Below the pieces are notes generated by a model that was not told where the DNA came from, made no database searches, and worked only from the letters and a program-made list of their open reading frames with translations. A DNA stretch of 64,000 bases, taken from the NCBI GenBank assembly GCA_033723415.1, contig JAWVXD010000004.1:160001-224000 (forward strand). The letters run 5' to 3'. This stretch comes from Sulfurospirillaceae bacterium (GTDB lineage Bacteria; Campylobacterota; Campylobacteria; Campylobacterales; Sulfurospirillaceae). Positions 29,765 through 38,671 of the stretch are shown in pieces; within the stretch, counting starts at the first letter, position 1, and each line of letters starts with the position of its first letter. The position numbers were made by a program, and so were the translations under genes.

Positions 29765-30646
29765 TCAATCTACTTTTTTTTCTAAAACAGGTCTTTCTCT
29801 GTAAGGAAAGTTTTTCAAACGGATATCTCCTCGTTTATGAGGATTCGGTATGACTTTCGTTTTGTCGATCCAATCTTCCCATTTAAAGTTTTTGATGACC
29901 TCAGCCTGATAACTCTCACTCAGCGGATGACTCAGAACATCGTTGATATGCTTCCACTGATAATAACGCATAAGATCTACCTGATAAGGAGTAGGATTTC
30001 CTTTTGCGTTTTTGACGACTTTTTTCAGATCTATGACTTTGCGCATATCGACCTTTGTCTTCCATGTGATCTTACCGGGAAGCACGACGGGTTCACCAGG
30101 GATATTGTTGATCCCTTGTTTCCAGGTTGCCAAAACAGCGACTTTGGTATCTTCACGATATATGATAATCGCATGACTATACTTTTTATTTTTGAAGAAT
30201 CCTAAAGTACCGTACTGAAGACGCGCTCCTGTCAAAAAAGCCAATCCGTCAGACCAGCAGGGACTTGTTCCCGAGATACCCCTTAGAACACTTCGATCTA
30301 TGATCCCATCAGGGAAAAGTATCTTGAAAGCCACTTTAGCGCAATTTGCCACATGAGTTGTTCCCTCGCAGTCATGACCATGCCATTTGATCATGTCTTT
30401 TATCGTCACGGCATAAGTTCGCTGATAATATCGTCCTTGAGTACCTTTTGTCGCAAGCATTTCAAATACCGGGGCATACGGCATGGCAGCCATCGGAGCA
30501 TACCAAGTCGGAACTTTGTCAGGTTGAGTCACGCCGGTTTCAATAAAAGTATTGACACCCTCTTTTGGAATCGGCTCCTGACACCAAGATGATGAATATA
30601 TTAACGTTAAGATCATTAACAGTAAAGGAACTAGTTTAGTTTTCAT
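29765..30646 (-). CDS. Secreted FmdE/FwdE-family protein
   Basis: Signal peptide; WHGHDC.G and SPCWSDG...LTGAR.QYG motifs. Confidence 0.7.
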   Translation of the reverse strand: MKTKLVPLLLMILTLIYSSSWCQEPIPKEGVNTFIETGVTQPDKVPTWYAPMAAMPYAPVFEMLATKGTQGRYYQRTYAVTIKDMIKWHGHDCEGTTHVANCAKVAFKILFPDGIIDRSVLRGISGTSPCWSDGLAFLTGARLQYGTLGFFKNKKYSHAIIIYREDTKVAVLATWKQGINNIPGEPVVLPGKITWKTKVDMRKVIDLKKVVKNAKGNPTPYQVDLMRYYQWKHINDVLSHPLSESYQAEVIKNFKWEDWIDKTKVIPNPHKRGDIRLKNFPYRERPVLEKKVD

Positions 30647-30854
30647 TTTTCACTCCTCCTTTTTAGTTAAAAATTTAAAAACAATATGATCCTAACCACC
30701 TCACTATTTTATAGATACATATATTATATTCCTGCGATACTTAACATGAAATAAATAAAAATGAACGTATATTTGCGCTAGATTTGCTACTTTCTACTCT
30801 CTAACCCATCGTGCGATCTATGTGATGTCGTTTGATGCGAACAGCTCTTTTTTT

Positions 30855-31655
30855 CTACCAAATCACACTCATCGTAAAATATCCAACAACCCAAGAGGCA
30901 ATGAGGATTTTGATGCTGTTTTTGTATTTGATATAAGGGATAAGTAGGAGTAAAGCAAAAGGGATCAATAAGATCAGATTGACCGTCAAAGAAGAGAAGT
31001 TGATACGCAGAAGATTTTCCGCACCCCAAAAAAACCAAGGTCCTTTGAGTGCATCTACTTTTTGAGTAAGCGCGATGTCAGGAGGCATCAAAAATGCCAA
31101 ATATCCGGCGATACTCAGACCGACTGCAATCGTGAGGTATTCTATCTTTACTTTTAAAGTGTTGACATGTCGAAGAATCGCATACGATAATACGATCGGC
31201 AAGAACACGATGTGCCAGATAAAAAATTTATAATAATACACACTATCGTCTTGAAAAAGTGGCAAAAAGTGACTAAGAAGCGGAGTGTTTTTCATAAGAT
31301 TATATGCCACGTCAGTCGCTGCTAGTGCGCTTTGATCTCCTTTGAGCACAAAACCCGTGAACATCAAGATCACCACGACTAAAAATCCTAAGACAGAATA
31401 ATTCCAAGAAGTGTTTGATATCTTTATCTTTTTTTTCAGTATCTCAAAGGATATATGCAACAGCAATACAAGCGTAAATGCTTCGGAACTAAAGTAATGA
31501 AGTGCTCTAAAAAGATGCCCGTAAGGGATGATAAAGGTCATCTTTTGAACGCTGTCATAGGCAAGTGAGGGATGATACACAAAAGCTACGATCAGACCGC
31601 TTGTCATGCTGACAAAGAACAATCCCATGCTAAGCCATGATACAAATTTAGACAT
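30855..31655 (-). CDS. Compact cytochrome b (Rieske/cytb complex)
   Basis: YHP, R.LH-x13-H, FTGFVLKGD, WH-x14-H, Qo-like GPWFF in place of PEWY. Confidence 0.85.
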   Translation of the reverse strand: MSKFVSWLSMGLFFVSMTSGLIVAFVYHPSLAYDSVQKMTFIIPYGHLFRALHYFSSEAFTLVLLLHISFEILKKKIKISNTSWNYSVLGFLVVVILMFTGFVLKGDQSALAATDVAYNLMKNTPLLSHFLPLFQDDSVYYYKFFIWHIVFLPIVLSYAILRHVNTLKVKIEYLTIAVGLSIAGYLAFLMPPDIALTQKVDALKGPWFFWGAENLLRINFSSLTVNLILLIPFALLLLIPYIKYKNSIKILIASWVVGYFTMSVIW

Positions 31656-31673
31656 TTTCGACTTTCATCACAA

Positions 31674-32093
31674 TCAGCCTATATAGAGGGTTTTATTTTT
31701 AATTTTGTAGCTAATTGTATCTAAATTCCTCTTAGCAGGTCCTCTGAGTCTCACGCCTTCTATGCTAAATCTACTTTTATGACACGGGCAGTTAAAGACC
31801 TTGTTTTGTTTGTCAAAATTCAAGATACATCCCATGTGCGTGCAATGCGCATCGTAAACCGTGATCTTATCAGCCTCTTTATGGATGAAATATTCTTGTT
31901 TATTGATCTTGGTTATACCCTCACTGATATCTTTAAGCGCTATCGAGATTTTTCTGTTCGGTTTTTCGTCAAAAAAAGTAAATTTGTAGATAGGATAAGA
32001 GAAAGCTCCTGCCACGACAAATGGCAAGAACTTTAAAAATCTTCGTCTCTTATCGAGTAAATAGTTCTCAAACTGGCTTCTAACACCCTTCAA
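31674..32093 (-). CDS. Rieske 2Fe-2S protein
   Basis: Tat-like RRRFLK + TM; CTHMGC and CPCHKSRF; GPA.R.L; start uncertain (nearest in-frame TTG 32093; ORF open to 32177). Confidence 0.88.
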   Translation of the reverse strand: MKGVRSQFENYLLDKRRRFLKFLPFVVAGAFSYPIYKFTFFDEKPNRKISIALKDISEGITKINKQEYFIHKEADKITVYDAHCTHMGCILNFDKQNKVFNCPCHKSRFSIEGVRLRGPAKRNLDTISYKIKNKTLYIG

Positions 32094-32457
32094 ACTGGCT
32101 ACCACCATCATCTGGAACCGGAGTATTGGCTTGGGCAGGAGGTGTTGTATTTTTTGGAGTGTTGACAACCGGAGCATTGAAGTCTTCTACCTCTCCTTGA
32201 GCCACCATTCTCTTGACGATGTCATTGTAATTTGCCCAGGCTTTTTTACTCCAGCTATTTGCCTGCACGGCTTTTTGCGCATAAATACTAGCCAAACGCA
32301 GATTGTTGTTTTGAACCTCGACTCTTGATGCATTTATATAGTGTTCTGCTTTAATATTATCCATTTTGTAGTAATATCTATTTTGAGCAGGCAGATTGAT
32401 ACTTAAAATGCCCACAACAAGAAACAATACAATAGTCAATACGGTCTTTTTTCTCAT
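32080..32457 (-). CDS. Secreted hypothetical protein with TPR-like helices, P/T/N linker and C-terminal GGSQFEGC
   Basis: Signal peptide; GGAG RBS; lies inside the operon between psrB-like and Rieske genes. Confidence 0.75.
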   Translation of the reverse strand: MRKKTVLTIVLFLVVGILSINLPAQNRYYYKMDNIKAEHYINASRVEVQNNNLRLASIYAQKAVQANSWSKKAWANYNDIVKRMVAQGEVEDFNAPVVNTPKNTTPPAQANTPVPDDGGSQFEGC

Positions 32458-32469
32458 TTTCCACTCCCC

Positions 32470-33063
32470 TTAATAATTGATAGTGATATAGTAGACATTC
32501 GGAAGCGTTCCTTTGTCTTCTTTTAGTCTAGTGATAGAAGTAGCATTTTTCATCATCTTTGCGACATTACTATCAGGATCATTTAAATCACCAAAATTTC
32601 TTGATTCGCCTACGCAAGTCGCCACACAAGCAGGGTCCAATCCGTTACTGAGTCTTGGCAGACAGAAAGTACATTTGTCTACGGATGATTTTGTCTCATC
32701 ATAATATCTGGCATCATACGGACAAGCTACCATACAAGCTTTGCATGCGATACACATATCAGAGTCAACCAAAACAATCCCGTCTTCATCTCTCTTAAAA
32801 CTTGCACCGGTAGGGCAAACATCAACACATGGAGCATTGTCGCAGTGATTACATAAAACAGGCAAAAATCTTATACTTGGATTTCCAAAGTTATCCTCAT
32901 CCTCGATCTCCCATACTTTAGTTCTATAAGCATCCTTTAGAGGAGGAACTTCCCAATCTGTTTTACAAGCTGCATAACAAGCATCACAGCCTATACATCT
33001 ATCTCCTACTATGACCATGGCAAGGTTTTGGTCTTTATTTTCTTTTTTGTTTATTATACTCAT
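32470..33063 (-). CDS. 4Fe-4S dicluster electron-transfer subunit (PsrB/PhsB/NrfC-like)
   Basis: CIGCDACYAAC, CNHCDNAPCVDVCP, CIACKACMVACPY, KCTFC...PACVATC. Confidence 0.93.
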   Translation of the reverse strand: MSIINKKENKDQNLAMVIVGDRCIGCDACYAACKTDWEVPPLKDAYRTKVWEIEDEDNFGNPSIRFLPVLCNHCDNAPCVDVCPTGASFKRDEDGIVLVDSDMCIACKACMVACPYDARYYDETKSSVDKCTFCLPRLSNGLDPACVATCVGESRNFGDLNDPDSNVAKMMKNATSITRLKEDKGTLPNVYYITINY

Positions 33064-33065
33064 CT

Positions 33066-35327
33066 CTATGCCTTTACTATTTTTACAAAGCCGTTATTGA
33101 ACGCTCCTGCCCCGCTGATTGGGTCAATTTCGTCACTTACAAAAAAATTATCTCCGATGCCTTTTCCATATCCTCTGCTCCAAGCTTTTGTTCTGTGTCC
33201 AAAACCATGATGAACAAAAACGGAACCTTCTTTGATCCTTTTTGTCACTTTTAATCGCTCAGGATGATTCGATCTCACACCCGTTTTAGAACCAACCAGA
33301 AAAACCATCTGACCGTCAAATAAACCCATCTTTTCTGCATCTTTTGGATTTATCCAGATTGGACTGTCATCTTGCAATTCTAATAACAGCCAATTGTTCT
33401 GAGTTCTGGCATGCGTGTGTCTTGGACTCTTGCCAAAAAGCAATCTTAATTCATCACCGGAAGTTGCCGCTATAGGGTCTTTATAGATAGGCAGAGGAGA
33501 AAAATCATCTCCAAACTGCTGATACATATCTTCCAAATTTGATGCATACAGTTGAACTTTACCGCTAGGTGTTCTAAATTTTGGTGTGGTTCCACTTGCT
33601 ATAGGATACGGATCAGCCTCTTCAAATCTCAAAACACCGTCTTTTTTTAATCTATCTGCTTGTTCTTTACTTAAAACTTTAAAGAGATCATCTATCTGTT
33701 TGCTCGGAGAGTGCTCAAACCAGTGTTCTACCTTAAATTTCTCAGCAATACCTTTACAGATGTCAAAACACCCTTTTGTGTCATAGATAGGTTTTATTGC
33801 CGCGCGTCTTAGCGCGATAAAAGGTATCTTGTCTTTTTGCACATATGGAGCATCATCTCTCTCTAAGTACGTAGATTCAGGAAACACAACATCAGCATAC
33901 ATAACGGTATCGCTGAATTGTGTGTCTATAGCAATCAACAGATCAAGATTCTCTATGGCTTTATAGATATTATTTACTCCGGCGCTTGAGTGAAAGAGTG
34001 GATTTGTTCCATAGAGCATCCACGCTTTTATAGGATATGGTTTTTGGCTCAACGTTGCTTCATACATACCGTTTGTCCGTCCCAGATTTGCGGGTGCCAG
34101 AGGGTATTTTTCACCTTTGCCCGCACCATCTGCTCTTCTTGTGCTTGGCTGTTCAGGCTCTTCGTATTCCGGTAGTTTTACAGAGATAGCTGATCTCACC
34201 CATAGACCTCCGGGAACTCCCCAGTTTCCCATGAGCGCATTGATTATCGCGATCGCTCTGACAGTTTGCGTGTCATTGCCGTATCGTGTCATCCTTCTTG
34301 GAGGTATAGCTACTACATTTGGGGCATATTTTGCAAAATCCCACGCTATACTTTCTATCGTCTTGGCATCAATACCGCATTTTTTACTTGCCCATTCAGG
34401 AGTGTATTGAGCTATATGAGCTGAAAGTTCATCATAGCCGGTACAATATTTTGTAACAAACTCCATATTGGCAAGTTTATCTCGTATGATCACATGTATA
34501 AAACCTAAGGCTAAGGCGAGATCGGTACCAGGATTTATCTGCAGCCAATCTGTAGCATTTACACAAGATTCACTAAGTCTTGGATCTACGTATGTAAGTC
34601 TTGCACCTCTGGCGAGTCCTTCTGCAAAATCTTCAGCTTCTCTTACTTGAAGAGCTCCCGCCATATTTCGTCCGAACAGTATCATGTGTTTTGTGTTTGC
34701 CATGTCATAGGTCTCATGACCACTGACTCCTGTGCCGAATGTCAATATCCAAGCCATCTCTCTACTGCCTAAACATTGTGAATATGCAGGAACTACAATA
34801 TTGGGACTTCCTAATGCTTTTGTTAGAGCGTGAACATAAGGCTCTCCGGTTCCGTGCATAAACGTTGCCAAAGTTTCAGATCCGTATTTTTTCATAAGAG
34901 GATTCAATTTGTCATAGACATATTGATTTGCCTCTTCCCAACTGACTTTTTTAAACTTGCCTTCTCCTCTTTTCCCGACTCTTATGAGAGGATATTGGAT
35001 GCGGTCTGAATCGTAAGTCGAGTCAATACCAGAGTTTCCTTTCGCACAAATGTGACCATTGCTGTTTGGATGAAGAGGATTGCCTTCTAGTTTATGAATT
35101 CGCCCTCCTCTAGTATATACATTTAATCCACAGTTCCAAAAACACATCTCGCAAAAACTGGAACTTTGCACGCCTCTATCATATGTCAAAAACCTTTTGC
35201 TTTTTTCATCTTTGCTTTGTACCGCTCTAAAAGGAGAAGGGATACCTGTGACACTTGCAGCTCCTACAACACTTGTTACACCTGCTAACTTTAGAAATCC
35301 TCGTCTTGTCATGTTGTATCTACTCAT
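33066..35327 (-). CDS. Tat-exported Mo/W-bisPGD oxidoreductase, PsrA/PhsA/SrrA clade (polysulfide/thiosulfate reductase-like)
   Basis: TRRGFLK Tat motif; CEMCFWNC..C FS0 cluster; SQCLGSR putative Cys ligand; ADVVFPESTYLER; HTHARTQNN. Confidence 0.88.
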   Translation of the reverse strand: MSRYNMTRRGFLKLAGVTSVVGAASVTGIPSPFRAVQSKDEKSKRFLTYDRGVQSSSFCEMCFWNCGLNVYTRGGRIHKLEGNPLHPNSNGHICAKGNSGIDSTYDSDRIQYPLIRVGKRGEGKFKKVSWEEANQYVYDKLNPLMKKYGSETLATFMHGTGEPYVHALTKALGSPNIVVPAYSQCLGSREMAWILTFGTGVSGHETYDMANTKHMILFGRNMAGALQVREAEDFAEGLARGARLTYVDPRLSESCVNATDWLQINPGTDLALALGFIHVIIRDKLANMEFVTKYCTGYDELSAHIAQYTPEWASKKCGIDAKTIESIAWDFAKYAPNVVAIPPRRMTRYGNDTQTVRAIAIINALMGNWGVPGGLWVRSAISVKLPEYEEPEQPSTRRADGAGKGEKYPLAPANLGRTNGMYEATLSQKPYPIKAWMLYGTNPLFHSSAGVNNIYKAIENLDLLIAIDTQFSDTVMYADVVFPESTYLERDDAPYVQKDKIPFIALRRAAIKPIYDTKGCFDICKGIAEKFKVEHWFEHSPSKQIDDLFKVLSKEQADRLKKDGVLRFEEADPYPIASGTTPKFRTPSGKVQLYASNLEDMYQQFGDDFSPLPIYKDPIAATSGDELRLLFGKSPRHTHARTQNNWLLLELQDDSPIWINPKDAEKMGLFDGQMVFLVGSKTGVRSNHPERLKVTKRIKEGSVFVHHGFGHRTKAWSRGYGKGIGDNFFVSDEIDPISGAGAFNNGFVKIVKA

Positions 35328-36474
35328 GGCTGATCTCCTCTTCTAAGTTAAAAAACTTAGCTCCTAAAAAATAAACGATCCCTGCTACTCCTATGCTACT
35401 TATAAAAAGCGATAATTCAGAATTTGAAACCGTGTATGTATGCTGTATAAATTCTACATTATTGCTTGGTCTTGAAAGCAGCTGACCTCCGATAACGGCA
35501 TCAAATCTTGCAAAGAAAAGACCTACTAGAACAAATAATCCAGCCAATGCACTAAGTGATGGAGTTTTAAATCTGCCTATGATTATGAGGATTATAGGTA
35601 TTACCATACCGATCAATACTTCATAATAGTAAAAATTATGTGATAATACACCATTGCCTACAAATAGCTTCATAGTTGCTCCAAGTTCCGTATCTGAGGT
35701 ATAAGAGTTGATAACAATATTCCAAAAATCAATAATCAACATAAGCGACAAAAAGAAAAACAATCCTTTGCTCAGCGCATTTACTGACTTTTGACATACG
35801 TCATAGATCTTATTTAAATAGATCATCAATAGTACGATTGCAAACCCTCCTGCGATGGCTGAGATGATAAAGAATAGTGCAAATGAGCTTGTATGCCATA
35901 GAGGTTTTGATCCATTTGAGTCGAAAACCAATGCCATAGTTCCATAAGCTATCAGTCCGAGACAAGAACCTATAAGTGATGCAAAAAAAGCCGAGTTTGC
36001 TTTCTTGCTTAATAGAAAATATACTTCCAACGCCAAGAAAGGCAGCTCTGAAGCATACAATACGACTAACCACCATATTGGTGATGTTATTTTAAATTCC
36101 GTAAAGTAGAGCACAAGTCGTAAAACTTGCAATTTGAAAGGTCCGCCTAAATCCCAAAAAATGATAAAAAATGCAGCGACTAAAGATGATAGCGAAACAA
36201 GAGCAACTTTTTTACTCAATATCTTAAAAGCTTCTATCTTAAAAACATGAGCCAACGCACCTACGACTGCCGTTCCTAAAGTGATCCCAACAAAAAAAGA
36301 ATAACCGATGATGAGTATACCCCAGGGGACTTCTCTACTAACACCGTAAGATGCTTCTTGTCCATGCAAAAACACTTGAACCATGCCGTATATACCGACA
36401 CTTGCCACGAGGCATGATAAGATCAACCAAAGGTTACCTTGTCTCTTATGTACAAATTTTATACTTCTGTGCAT
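35320..36474 (-). CDS. NrfD/PsrC-family quinol-interacting membrane anchor
   Basis: YGVSREVPWG, DLGGP, TSPIWW, PLWHT, R.DAVIGGQ; about 10 TMs. Confidence 0.9.
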   Translation of the reverse strand: MHRSIKFVHKRQGNLWLILSCLVASVGIYGMVQVFLHGQEASYGVSREVPWGILIIGYSFFVGITLGTAVVGALAHVFKIEAFKILSKKVALVSLSSLVAAFFIIFWDLGGPFKLQVLRLVLYFTEFKITSPIWWLVVLYASELPFLALEVYFLLSKKANSAFFASLIGSCLGLIAYGTMALVFDSNGSKPLWHTSSFALFFIISAIAGGFAIVLLMIYLNKIYDVCQKSVNALSKGLFFFLSLMLIIDFWNIVINSYTSDTELGATMKLFVGNGVLSHNFYYYEVLIGMVIPIILIIIGRFKTPSLSALAGLFVLVGLFFARFDAVIGGQLLSRPSNNVEFIQHTYTVSNSELSLFISSIGVAGIVYFLGAKFFNLEEEISHE

Positions 36475-37001
36475 ACTTGTTCCTTGAGAGAATTAATAAT
36501 TTCTAGAGATATTTCTCCTGCCAAAGGGAATATTTCTAAATCAGTTGCATACTTCAAAGAGTCTACAAATCCCCCTAACCAACCTAAAAATTCTAAAAAT
36601 TCATTTAATTCTGTATATCTTTTTTCTTCAGCTAAAATAGCGACGAATCGCATCATGAAACCAATATGATCAGCCGGTTTTTTCATATTTTGGGCATCAA
36701 ATTGATATCCGCAACTCCTATAAAAATCATCTATTTTTGACAATGTCGCACCTGACATCTTGCCATCGATCCACCAAGAGGCATAAGGGATACATTTTAG
36801 AATTGAGGATTGTATGTTGAAAATCCTTATATACTCTGCTTCTATCTCGTCATAATCCCTAAATTCACAACCTAAATCACGGGATATCATCGAGTTGAAA
36901 TCATCCAATGCTTTGTTCGTAGGATAATCAAAAATATCTGCACATAAGAACAGTGCAGATATTTTTTCTTCTTCCGGTAAAGTTATTTTTTTCATTATCA
37001 T
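36459..37001 (-). CDS. TorD/DmsD-family molybdoenzyme maturation chaperone
   Basis: EYIRIF, PYASWW, PADHIG motifs. Confidence 0.88.
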   Translation of the reverse strand: MIMKKITLPEEEKISALFLCADIFDYPTNKALDDFNSMISRDLGCEFRDYDEIEAEYIRIFNIQSSILKCIPYASWWIDGKMSGATLSKIDDFYRSCGYQFDAQNMKKPADHIGFMMRFVAILAEEKRYTELNEFLEFLGWLGGFVDSLKYATDLEIFPLAGEISLEIINSLKEQVCTEV

Positions 37002-37058
37002 TTATCTAACAAGTGCTCGATTTTTACATCTTGTACATGATATAAAAAACCTATGCAT
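37002..37058 (-). CDS. Putative 18-aa CxxC leader peptide
   Basis: AAAGGAG 11 nt upstream; MHRFFISCTRCKNRALVR*, TAA abuts the chaperone ATG in frame. Confidence 0.35.
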   Translation of the reverse strand: MHRFFISCTRCKNRALVR

Positions 37059-37390
37059 GCTGTTATTTTCTCCTTTTAGTTCTTTCCTTAATACAATTAA
37101 ATTAAAAATTTTTCAGGCTAGAAGCAAACTTAAATCTATCAATATGAAAGGACATTCACTTTTAAAATAATAATCCTAAAATGTTTAAATAGCACTGAAA
37201 ATTTTATAATTCTATCGTAATAAAGTAAATATTTATTTACGAATTTGCCTAAAAAATCATATTTTCATACTTTATTATAATAATAAAAATAAGTCTTTAT
37301 TTTATAATCATAAGTAAAGTAAAAGTATCTTTGATAAGTTTATATTATATATGGACGCAAAATTGATTAGTTTGTATTTTATATATAAAA

Positions 37391-37431
37391 GTTTGAGTCA
37401 TTTTAAATTGAAGATTTTAAAATGCTCAAAC
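37391..37431 (-). terminator. Hairpin downstream of moeA
   Basis: gtttgag(t)cattttaaa / tttaaaatgctcaaac inverted repeat followed by TTTT on the minus strand. Confidence 0.5.
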
Positions 37432-37459
37432 CTATTTGAAATTTGTTGTAGTTAAGTAG

Positions 37460-38671
37460 TTAAATTGAGAAATCCAAAAGGAAAACATCTACAAGAGAGT
37501 TTTTTTCTATCATTTTCGTATCTTCATCAATACATAGCAAGGCTGCATTATCCAACATGTTATTCAAAATAGCACTGCTTCCTTCTTTTTTGCCATGTAG
37601 ATTAACAAAAAGCTTTCCATCTTTTGTGCTTATGTTACAAGCTGTAAACTCTTTATATTTTGAACGTTTTTTGTAATCTTCTTGAATATATGCTTTTATA
37701 ACCGGTAGATAAAACTCTTGCGCACTGATCTTTCGCAAGAAAGGCAAAACATACAAAAATGCAACAACACTGGAGCTATAAGGAAATCCTGGAAGTGAAA
37801 AGATGTATTTACGTCCGATCCTGACTACCTTTATATGACGCCCAGGTTTTATAAATGCACTATCCACTATATGGATCGGCTGAATGTCACCCAAAACTTC
37901 TTTGACAAAGTCAAAATCCCCGACACTTACTCCACCGGTTGTTATTAAGACATCGGAAGTATTTAAAGCATCAAGCATCACTTTTTTTATCTTGTCTTTA
38001 TCGTCTTTTACTATCTCTAATCTTGAAGTCTGTGCTCCGTGCTCTCTTAAGATCGCTTCTATGGTCACATGATTAGAGCTTCTTATCTGTGAGATATTTT
38101 CTCTCTCCTCACCAAAATCAAGTATCTCACTGCCTGTCGCCAATATAGAGATACGCGGTTTTACGAAAACCGAAACTTGAACATATCCCAGTTCTGCCAA
38201 AACTCCGATCTCGGCATATCTTATCTTTGTGCCTTTCTTTATAAGGATTTCTCCTTTTTTATAGTTTTCTCCGATAGGTCTTGCCGAAAAACCTTTTTCT
38301 ACAGGTGTTACGATATTTATAGTATCCCCTGTTACTTCTACATTTTCTATAGGGATTAGCGTATCGCTTCCCTCACTCATCAATGAACCGGTAAAAGTTT
38401 TAACGCAGGTACCTTTTGTGACAAGATTGCCTTTGTAACTTCCAGCAGGAAGTCTGTCTATAATAGTAAGTTTTTCCAAAGATTGATCAACTGAGCGAAT
38501 CGCATAACCGTCCATGGAGGCTGTTACGTATTCAGGATTGTTAAAAGTTGCAACGATATCCTGAGATAAAATTCTATTTAGTGCTTCAGTTATAAAAACT
38601 TTTTCTGATCCAAGACTAAAGTCTATAGAATTTTCCAGTGCTTTTAGAGTATCTTCGTATTTTTCAAGCAT
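37460..38671 (-). CDS. moeA: Molybdopterin molybdotransferase MoeA
   Basis: SMDGYA, TGSEI, TTGGVSVGDFDFV, KPG, LPGFPYS; true start ATG 38671 overlaps the moaE stop. Confidence 0.95.
   Translation of the reverse strand: MLEKYEDTLKALENSIDFSLGSEKVFITEALNRILSQDIVATFNNPEYVTASMDGYAIRSVDQSLEKLTIIDRLPAGSYKGNLVTKGTCVKTFTGSLMSEGSDTLIPIENVEVTGDTINIVTPVEKGFSARPIGENYKKGEILIKKGTKIRYAEIGVLAELGYVQVSVFVKPRISILATGSEILDFGEERENISQIRSSNHVTIEAILREHGAQTSRLEIVKDDKDKIKKVMLDALNTSDVLITTGGVSVGDFDFVKEVLGDIQPIHIVDSAFIKPGRHIKVVRIGRKYIFSLPGFPYSSSVVAFLYVLPFLRKISAQEFYLPVIKAYIQEDYKKRSKYKEFTACNISTKDGKLFVNLHGKKEGSSAILNNMLDNAALLCIDEDTKMIEKNSLVDVFLLDFSI

Noticed and set aside
33066..35327. Selenocysteine recoding in the Mo enzyme or the cytochromes
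   Set aside because: Frames are uninterrupted, with Cys at the putative ligand position and no in-frame TGA needing readthrough
37214..37242. Imperfect palindrome upstream of the Mo-enzyme operon as a ModE box
   Set aside because: Spacing and half-sites do not fit the consensus as I recall it, and such palindromes are expected in very AT-rich DNA
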